Virus record (IMG/VR): IMGVR_UViG_3300042374_001687
Span: 79,619 to 143,618 of that record
Strand: one strand, 5' to 3'
DNA: 64,000 bases
Origin: a virus
The stretch's first letter is position 1. Every line of letters starts with the position of its first letter. The notes beneath the pieces were generated by a model that had not been told where the DNA came from, did not search any database, and saw only the letters and a program-made list of their open reading frames with translations. Shown one piece after another: positions 57,376 to 64,000 of this stretch. The position numbers and the translations under genes were made by a program.

Positions 57376-57813
57376 ATGTTCAATGAAACTGCGAATCCTA
57401 TCGGCGTCGTGAGAAAAGTAGACGAGATAGAAAAAAAGATTGAAAAATATCAAAAACTTTGGGATTTAGAGAAGAAAAAAAGAGCATTCACTCTTAAGGC
57501 TCCAAATCTTCATAAGATCACCAACTTTCTTCTGATGGTTCTGGATGATTTTGTGGTGACGATCAGTACGGTACTAATATGCGGTCCGGATAAGAAGGCG
57601 ACAGTTCTGGATGCTTTGGATCGCCTTTACGAATATACGGTCAAAGAGGCCATGCCGATATGGATGAGGCCCTTTGCCGCTCCTATAAAGCATTACATCG
57701 TATATGTGCTTGTTTCTAGTGCAATAGATTGGATGGTTGAAAAGTATCAGAGCGGTTCATGGAGGCCATCACTAGAAAAAGAATTTTTTGAGTCTTCAAG
57801 GAGGTGGGCATGA
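57376..57813 (+). CDS. Hypothetical protein
   Basis: AAGGAGG RBS; coupled to subtilase. Confidence 0.7.
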   Translation: MFNETANPIGVVRKVDEIEKKIEKYQKLWDLEKKKRAFTLKAPNLHKITNFLLMVLDDFVVTISTVLICGPDKKATVLDALDRLYEYTVKEAMPIWMRPFAAPIKHYIVYVLVSSAIDWMVEKYQSGSWRPSLEKEFFESSRRWA

Positions 57814-58745
57814 ACAACGAAAATTTAAGCCTATTCCCCTACGAAAGGGAGGAGGTTTTTTCTATACAAGACGCCAAGCAGAAGGCAGGATGGAACATAA
57901 CGGCATTTGATCTTCCAAATGCTTGGAAGAAGTCTAGGGGATACGGAGTCAAGATTGCTGTTATAGACACAGGAATTGATCTGGATCATCCTGACCTAAA
58001 TAAAAATATTATTCCCGGAGCAAACATCATAGATCCTTCTAAAATGCCGTGGGACGACAACCAGCATGGAACGCATGTGGCTGGCATAGTAGCAGCGGAG
58101 AACAACGAAATAGGCATGGTTGGCGTGGCTCCAGATGCGAAAATAATTCCCGTTAAGGTTCTGGATAGAAACGGAAACGGCACGATAAGCAATGTTGCCA
58201 ACGGCATAAGGTGGGCCGCTTCCGAGGGCAAGGCCGACTTGATATGCATGTCTCTTGGGGCGCCGAATCACACGCCCGAGGTGCACGAGGCAATCAAGTA
58301 TGCGGCATCCAAGAATGTTGTGTGCTTCGTTGCGGCCGGGAACTCGGGATTGACCAAGAGCGTTTTCTATCCGGCAAACTATCCCGAAACAATAGCGATA
58401 GGCTCAATAGACGAGAGCCTTAGAAGATCTAGTTTTAGCAACACAGGGGACAATCTTGACTTTATGTGTCCCGGCGGAAAGATATTTTCTACAGTTCCAG
58501 ACAACTGGTACGCTGTGCTTAGCGGAACCAGCATGGCAGCTCCTTTTGCTGCGGGGGTGGCGGCATTAGTGCTATCGCACGCCCGGAACACTGATTTGAA
58601 CTTGGTTTTGAATAGTGCCGAAGACTACAGGAATGCTTTTAGGGAGCACACTATCCCCATAACCTGCGAAACATTCAAAAACAACAAGTTTTATCAAGGC
58701 TTTGGAATATTAGAGCCAAAGAAGATACTAGAGGCCTTTGGCTGA
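57810..58745 (+). CDS. Subtilisin-like serine peptidase S8
   Basis: VIDTG, HGTHVAG, AAGN, SGTSMAAP catalytic triad motifs. Confidence 0.95.
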   Translation: MNNENLSLFPYEREEVFSIQDAKQKAGWNITAFDLPNAWKKSRGYGVKIAVIDTGIDLDHPDLNKNIIPGANIIDPSKMPWDDNQHGTHVAGIVAAENNEIGMVGVAPDAKIIPVKVLDRNGNGTISNVANGIRWAASEGKADLICMSLGAPNHTPEVHEAIKYAASKNVVCFVAAGNSGLTKSVFYPANYPETIAIGSIDESLRRSSFSNTGDNLDFMCPGGKIFSTVPDNWYAVLSGTSMAAPFAAGVAALVLSHARNTDLNLVLNSAEDYRNAFREHTIPITCETFKNNKFYQGFGILEPKKILEAFG

Positions 58746-59321
58746 TTTTTGCTCTCTGTACTTGAGAATGATTTCGGCGAGTTCCTTCCTGATAGAGGGA
58801 GCTCGCCTTTCTATTTCCGTCTCCAAGAATTCATCCGCCCTAACTTGGTCTCGGTACCTCGCAAGCACATCCCTAAATTCATTCATTTTGGAGATTAATT
58901 TTGGAACATCCTCGTACCTCTCGTTCTTTATTGCAACATTGGACTCATATTCCAATTCAATCAAAAAAGAATCAAGATCTTCACTTTCGGCCATCTTGAT
59001 CTTGTGTCTCATCGGAACAGATCCGACATGTTTTATGTTAGAGGCAGAATTCTGCGCAGATGCGACTATGTGACAGATCGTTTTTCCAAAATGAAAATAG
59101 CAATTTGGACAACCAACTCTGGTCGATTTGAGCAGATCATTCAAACTCATTCCGCACATTTCGCAGTCATTCGCCTCTTGTGGAACTTCTATTATTTTTT
59201 TCATGTTGGAGTGGAGGCAGTCCTCGCAGACCTCAAAAACTTGAGTTTTACCCCCGACCTTTTCGGTTATGTGGAAGCCTTTGTATTTAGAGCAAGGCTT
59301 TCCATTTATTGGGCATTTCAT
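58728..59321 (-). CDS. mcsA: McsA-like protein (CxxC + UVR domain)
   Basis: CEDC, CEMCG..L......RVGCPNCY..F, HVGSVP, AIKNERYE. Confidence 0.8.
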   Translation of the reverse strand: MKCPINGKPCSKYKGFHITEKVGGKTQVFEVCEDCLHSNMKKIIEVPQEANDCEMCGMSLNDLLKSTRVGCPNCYFHFGKTICHIVASAQNSASNIKHVGSVPMRHKIKMAESEDLDSFLIELEYESNVAIKNERYEDVPKLISKMNEFRDVLARYRDQVRADEFLETEIERRAPSIRKELAEIILKYREQKSAKGL

Positions 59322-60814
59322 GGATTTGGCGTGCTTGTAGGAACGGGTGACTTAACACATTCGCATATTTCGCAATCTAGTGCGTAGGAATATCCGGGGT
59401 CATTTATTAGACCGCAGTCCGCGTATATTGCCGAACCTCCACATTCAATGAAGTGACATTCGGAGTTAACTGTCAAAGTTGGCGTGCTTGTGGGCGTCAC
59501 AGACACGGCAGGGGTTGCGGTCAAAGTTGGAGTGCTTGTGGGCGTCACGGGCGACTTAACACATTCGCATATTTCGCAATCTAGTGCGTAGGAATATCCG
59601 GGGTCATTTATTAGACCGCAGTCCGCGTATATTGCCGAACCTCCACATTCAATGAAAATACAAGAAGCAGACACCGTTGCGCTGTTGCTGTAAACTTGGT
59701 ATTGAGATCCTATTATGCCCATCGCAACTCTTACCCTGTACCTTCTCCCGGACACATATGTTGCTGGATCTTTGATCCTAAGGTTTCCGCCGACATACGA
59801 TATGTTCGTCCCCGGATCAATGCTACTGTAGGCATTTACGGACTCTACGGTGGGGTTTTCGGACCATGTCGCCCCTTCATCGTCACTGTATTGCCAATAG
59901 GGGGTGTTTCCGATAGATGTGTTGTAGGAATAAGAGAATTCAATTTCGTTTCCGGAAACATACGGCTGATTGGATGGCTGCTGTGTCCATGTCAATGAAG
60001 AGGTGGAGAAAGCGAATGGCTTGCCAGAAATCTTGAATACAAAATAATCATTTTCCTTGAAATCTGTGTTTGGCGAAGTGGTTCTTTTTATCCATATCGG
60101 GACAAAATCGCCGGGCCGCAATGTGCCAAGAGCAACCCGTTGAGAGGCCGCATAAAAATTCACTTTTGCTGGGGGTATCGTTTCCACGGCAAGAAGCGGG
60201 GCATTTGAATTTATAGGCTGTCCCTCGGAGAGTTTTAAAATAGATACGGAAATTGCGCCTTCCAGATTATTTTGACTCACCACTAACTTTTGATGATTTC
60301 TTTTGTCTTGGTTTCCTTGGAATGTGATGTTGAAGTTTTGCGAACTGGCCGACAAAGATGTCGAAACCTCAACTCCTTCTAGGCCAATGGAGGCCAGGCC
60401 AGAAATAAGATTGTTCTGGAAGTTTTGGGCAGAGCCCTCCCAATTGACTACAAATTGAGCTTGTTCGTATTGAAGAATTAAATTGCCGCTAGTGACAGAG
60501 CCTTTTATTTCTATACTTTGAATATCGGTCACTATCGCTATGCCCACTTCGGCAGAAGATCCTCTCGAGGATTGCGAATCTATGTAGCACTCAATATCAT
60601 ACAAGTATTCCGTAGAACTATTGTTTTTAACATAAAAGCATCTGAAGTCGGTCTTGCCGGCAATTGCTTCGGCAGAGGTCACATCCGCAAATAAATTGTT
60701 CAAGGATCCGAGCACGGGAAAGGCGGACGGAGGTCCGCCAATTGATCTGTTTGGGTTGGAGTTTCCGCTTCCTCCGGAAAGGAAAAAATTGATTTGTGTT
60801 GCTGCTGTGGCCAT
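59318..60814 (-). CDS. Probable virion surface protein (Ig-like + PT linker + Cys-rich repeats)
   Basis: LSGG..N..PN.SIGG...NNLF.DV..E...G..D.RC.YV.N N-domain; TQQP/YWQYS.D.G Ig-like; duplicated Cys module. Confidence 0.7.
   Translation of the reverse strand: MATAATQINFFLSGGSGNSNPNRSIGGPPSAFPVLGSLNNLFADVTSAEAIAGKTDFRCFYVKNNSSTEYLYDIECYIDSQSSRGSSAEVGIAIVTDIQSIEIKGSVTSGNLILQYEQAQFVVNWEGSAQNFQNNLISGLASIGLEGVEVSTSLSASSQNFNITFQGNQDKRNHQKLVVSQNNLEGAISVSILKLSEGQPINSNAPLLAVETIPPAKVNFYAASQRVALGTLRPGDFVPIWIKRTTSPNTDFKENDYFVFKISGKPFAFSTSSLTWTQQPSNQPYVSGNEIEFSYSYNTSIGNTPYWQYSDDEGATWSENPTVESVNAYSSIDPGTNISYVGGNLRIKDPATYVSGRRYRVRVAMGIIGSQYQVYSNSATVSASCIFIECGGSAIYADCGLINDPGYSYALDCEICECVKSPVTPTSTPTLTATPAVSVTPTSTPTLTVNSECHFIECGGSAIYADCGLINDPGYSYALDCEICECVKSPVPTSTPNP
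59349..59656 (-). repeat. Exact 104-bp direct repeat (59349-59452 / 59553-59656)
   Basis: Encodes FIECGGSAIYADCGLINDPGYSYALDCEICECVKS twice. Confidence 0.9.
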
Positions 60815-60844
60815 TTTTAAGTACCCAATTATTTAGTCAAAGCC

Positions 60845-60873
60845 TTGACATTTTGGGTAGCGCCGTTCAAAAT
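60845..60873 (+). promoter_or_regulatory. Sigma70-type promoter
   Basis: TTGACA-N17-CAAAAT upstream of ATG 60892. Confidence 0.55.
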
Positions 60874-60891
60874 GTGGTCGGAGGCAAAGAA

Positions 60892-61845
60892 ATGAAGTTC
60901 ACATTCGGAAGCGACCCTGAATTCATTCTGATGGGCCAAAATGGCAAGTTCAAAAGCGCAATAGGGGTCATAGAAGGAACGAAGCAAAGCCGCCTCACCA
61001 TCGGCAAAAATGATTTTTTTTACGACAATGTGCTCGCTGAGTGTACCATAGAGGCCGCCTCCTGCAAAGAGGAGGCGATAGAAAACATCCGAAAAGCATT
61101 GGGCACATATTCCAAGATAGTTCATCCCTTTAAGCTGACGAACATTTCGGCGGCTGAATTTCAAAAAAATGAACTTATGCACCCGGATGCAAGAAAAGCA
61201 GGGTGCGAGGCTGAGTATTGTGCTTATGAAATGAAGAATGTGCCGGCGGGCGGCATCAAGAAGATTTTCAAAGAAAGTGGATTTAGAACAGCCGGGGGGC
61301 ATGTCCACTTGGGGACAAGTTTGGGAAAATCGCACGAAACTTGCATCATGCTGGTCCGGATGTTGGATCTTTTTCTCGGAGTCTCATCCATTCTAATAGA
61401 TGGTCGCGAAAGTAGTGTCCTAAGAAGAAGAGCGTATGGAAGTGCAGGAAGATACAGGCAGCCCAAACACGGCGCAGAATACAGAACTCTTGGGAACTTT
61501 TGGATATCCAGTCCAAAGTTAGTCACATTGGTATATGAAATATGCGAAAATGTAATTAAATTCACTGAAGACAACGTTCATGAAGAATTTTGGTCTATAG
61601 ACAAAAAGAAGTTGGATTCCGATGAATTCTGGAATTCCGGAGGGGATCCTGCGGCCTGCCACTGTTGTAAGGCTTATGATGTGAACTTGCTTAGATCCAT
61701 GTTCAGATTGAGGAGAGAGGAGGCTATCAAAAGGGGCTCTTCAATAATAGATTTCGCCCTCAGTTTCTTTCCTGCGTCGATAAAAAGAAGGATAAATGAA
61801 CTAGGATCCAAGAGGTTCAACATGTACAAGGAGTGGGGGATTTAA
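60892..61845 (+). CDS. phiEco32-like COOH-NH2 ligase (type 2)
   Basis: FGSDPEF, DNVLAE, GC...CAY, RTAGGHVHLG, RR.AYG.AG.YR..K.HG.EYRTL.NFWI. Confidence 0.88.
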   Translation: MKFTFGSDPEFILMGQNGKFKSAIGVIEGTKQSRLTIGKNDFFYDNVLAECTIEAASCKEEAIENIRKALGTYSKIVHPFKLTNISAAEFQKNELMHPDARKAGCEAEYCAYEMKNVPAGGIKKIFKESGFRTAGGHVHLGTSLGKSHETCIMLVRMLDLFLGVSSILIDGRESSVLRRRAYGSAGRYRQPKHGAEYRTLGNFWISSPKLVTLVYEICENVIKFTEDNVHEEFWSIDKKKLDSDEFWNSGGDPAACHCCKAYDVNLLRSMFRLRREEAIKRGSSIIDFALSFFPASIKRRINELGSKRFNMYKEWGI

Positions 61846-62313
61846 CTACTTTGGTCCCCTTTTCAGCGGAACTCGCTTTAACTTTTCTTTGTAGCGGTCT
61901 GGCTTATCCTTTAGTCCGTGCATCATGTTGACCAGCTCTTTGACCATTTCTGCTGGCGTTTCATTCTTGCACTTCTCTGATCTTTGGACTGAGACTGTCT
62001 TTCTGTCCTTGTTGTAAAACCCGTTAGAAATAATGAAGCAGCCGGAGCGCTCTTTGATGCTATAGGTTATAATTCCAACCCACTCCCCATCGTCCCAGTT
62101 TCCCGAAGATACGATGATTCTCATGGGTTTCTCGTCAAGTATTTGCTTGACATGGTAGCCTCGTTTCTTCATTCCAGCACTCACAAATCCTAGTGCTATT
62201 TTGGCAAAGGCCCCCAGAACCTCCTCTGTCTTGGTTCTGTAGTTAACCTCCACGCTGTAACGGGTGCCCTCAGTTTGCAGCGGCCTTTTTTCAATCCACT
62301 CTTGAAACTTCAT
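61846..62313 (-). CDS. Putative capsid-targeted protein
   Basis: MKFQEWIEKRPLQTE tag. Confidence 0.65.
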   Translation of the reverse strand: MKFQEWIEKRPLQTEGTRYSVEVNYRTKTEEVLGAFAKIALGFVSAGMKKRGYHVKQILDEKPMRIIVSSGNWDDGEWVGIITYSIKERSGCFIISNGFYNKDRKTVSVQRSEKCKNETPAEMVKELVNMMHGLKDKPDRYKEKLKRVPLKRGPK

Positions 62314-62389
62314 GAATGTATATAGAGAAAAGAGAACTAGATTAGCAAGGAGATAATTGATAAATTAATGGGTCAAGGAGGCCTTTTGT

Positions 62390-63019
62390 ATGGAAAAACT
62401 TAGAGTTCTGGTGGCGTGCGAGTATTCGGGAGCCGTTAGGGACGCCTTCTCCACGCTAGGACATTACGCAATATCGTGCGACTTGCTCCCGACTGAATCG
62501 CCGGGAAACCATCATCAAGGTGACATATTTGAAGTGATTGATGACGGCTTTGACCTGATGGTTGCCCATCCGCCGTGCACCCACCTAGCAGTGAGCGGAG
62601 CAAGGCATTTTCATAAAAAGCAAAAAGAGCAAGCAGAAGCTCTGGACTTCGTAAGAAGGCTAATGGCGGCAAACATAAAGCACATAGCAATTGAAAACCC
62701 GGTGAGTGTAATAAGCAGTAAAATAAGAAGGCCAGATCAGATTATACAGCCTTGGATGTTTGGAGACCCTTTTCAAAAGACGACTTGTCTTTGGCTGAAG
62801 GAGCTTCCAAAACTAGTGCCAACTAAGATAGTGCACAAGGGAGAATTCCATGAATGGGTAGACAAGAAGACGGGAAAGAAAAAGCGACAAGCGGCGTGGG
62901 ATATGGAGGCTTTCAAGAAGGGCGAAAATAGAGGAAAGGCTAGAAGTAAAACATTCCAAGGCATAGCAGACGCGATGGCTCAACAATGGTCGGCCTATGC
63001 GCTGTCCAAAAAACCTTAG
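62390..63019 (+). CDS. Phage DNA cytosine methyltransferase-like protein
   Basis: VLVACEYSG, SCDL, AHPPCT (PC motif), IENP, RSKTF.GIADAMA.QW. Confidence 0.85.
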   Translation: MEKLRVLVACEYSGAVRDAFSTLGHYAISCDLLPTESPGNHHQGDIFEVIDDGFDLMVAHPPCTHLAVSGARHFHKKQKEQAEALDFVRRLMAANIKHIAIENPVSVISSKIRRPDQIIQPWMFGDPFQKTTCLWLKELPKLVPTKIVHKGEFHEWVDKKTGKKKRQAAWDMEAFKKGENRGKARSKTFQGIADAMAQQWSAYALSKKP

Positions 63020-63125
63020 AAACCTTTATTCTTCTTCTTCTTGCCGAATATCCTCTCCCAGTTCTTTGTCCAGGTCTTGTCGCTGACAGTCTTTTTTCTG
63101 GGTGTGTCTCCCTTTCCATTTTGGT

Positions 63126-63845
63126 TCATTTTTGTTCTCCATGAATTTTGAAGATTGGAGCCTTAATTTTTGTAATATGCATTTCTGCTGGCTCTCCCGA
63201 AAGCTTGGATCCTTGAAAATAGTTTTTTTGCCATTCTCCATTTTTTCTGTTCGGCCTTGAATTAAATTCAAATCGGTAATTGCGAAAGTCCTCATATTCT
63301 TTCTTGAGTTCTAAATTTTGATCTATGTCTACTATTTCAGCTTCTGCGTTTTCAAATATATCAAGTCTCACTGGGATTAACTGTGATATTACATCTCCTA
63401 CATTTACTTTTATTTTAGAAGGAGTGGTGAATTTCCAGTTGAGAGTGAAAGGAAAAGACAACCAGTGCGTTTCCACAATTCCTGAAAGGCAAGTGATATT
63501 TTTAATTGGTTCATTCTGAGATCCTGTGACAAAAACGCCGTAAGGATATTCCGTCTTAAATAGAAAGCCCGTGTGCCATGTTATCACGCCTTCGCCAAAA
63601 TGAGACATAGGAGTGCATTCTCCGGAAATTTGTTCTATAACTAGATCTTTGGGAAGCTGGCCTCCGTTCCATTCGGCAGTAAATTCACTTTTTGAAACAA
63701 GATCCCATCCGTAACTATTCGCCATCAGCATGGGAAGACATCTGTATGGGTTTTTATTTACCGATTCGTCCATCCATCTCCGGGTTGTTTTTGAAGGAAC
63801 CAGACCCAGATTCTCTCTTGTCACTCTATAAGCTGTGATTTTCAA
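63126..63845 (-). CDS. DUF6065-like protein
   Basis: R.WMD...YRCLP...AN.YGW, SHFG.G.ITW, LSGIVET.W..F.FT.NWK, WQKNYF.G. Confidence 0.7.
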   Translation of the reverse strand: MKITAYRVTRENLGLVPSKTTRRWMDESVNKNPYRCLPMLMANSYGWDLVSKSEFTAEWNGGQLPKDLVIEQISGECTPMSHFGEGVITWHTGFLFKTEYPYGVFVTGSQNEPIKNITCLSGIVETHWLSFPFTLNWKFTTPSKIKVNVGDVISQLIPVRLDIFENAEAEIVDIDQNLELKKEYEDFRNYRFEFNSRPNRKNGEWQKNYFQGSKLSGEPAEMHITKIKAPIFKIHGEQK

Positions 63846-63877
63846 ATTTTCACCTTATATCATGGCGAAATAGTCAC

Positions 63878-64000
63878 GGCGAATCCGGTGGCGGTGGCGG
63901 TGGCGAATCCGGTGGCGGTGGCGGTGGCGAATCCGGTGGCGGTGGCGGTGGCGAATCCGGTGGCGGTGGCGGTGGCGAATCCGGTGGCGGTGGCGGTGGC
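63878..64000 (-). repeat. 24-bp tandem repeat (~5 copies) encoding (PPPPPDSP)n C-terminus of an incoming minus-strand ORF
   Basis: Unit GGCGAATCCGGTGGCGGTGGCGGT; minus frame ends PDSP-TGA at 63874. Confidence 0.8.

Noticed and set aside
63878-64000. 24-bp repeats as a CRISPR array
   Set aside because: Head-to-tail with no spacers; explained as a Pro-rich coding repeat
1-64000. Stop-codon reassignment and tRNA genes
   Set aside because: Core genes are full length in code 11 and use TAG/TGA/TAA as stops; no tRNA cloverleaf recognised by eye (tRNAscan-SE not run)

Overview
This 64 kb window is part of a large (probably jumbo) T4-like tailed phage genome. It carries a dispersed head-morphogenesis set: large terminase (3888-5702), portal interrupted by a ~231-aa intein (11352-13841), prohead core/protease/scaffold and gp23-type major capsid protein (16103-21015), plus fibre and collar proteins. 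Accessory genes include MscL, ferritin-like proteins, a ferredoxin, lysine 6-aminotransferase, McsA, Hsp20, DnaJ, S8 and M4-like proteases, two QueC-like enzymes, a COOH-NH2 ligase, DNA methyltransferases and an AT-rich glycosyl/sulfotransferase island. The host may be a planctomycete (weak inference). Main observations not explained by standard annotation: (1) about 17 unrelated ORFs share an N-terminal M-K-(T/S)-F-x-E-W-L..E tag resembling the T4 capsid-targeting sequence, suggesting many packaged and injected cargo proteins, including enzymes and a possible sigma-factor-like protein; (2) an ~870-nt structured non-coding RNA at 42390-43260 (-) with its own promoter, terminator and a 5'/3' closing helix; (3) a recurrent late-promoter-like (C/A)TA(G/T/A)ATA box 4-5 nt before SD-less ATGs, implying leaderless late mRNAs. 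All calls come from motif recognition by eye; no database search was run.
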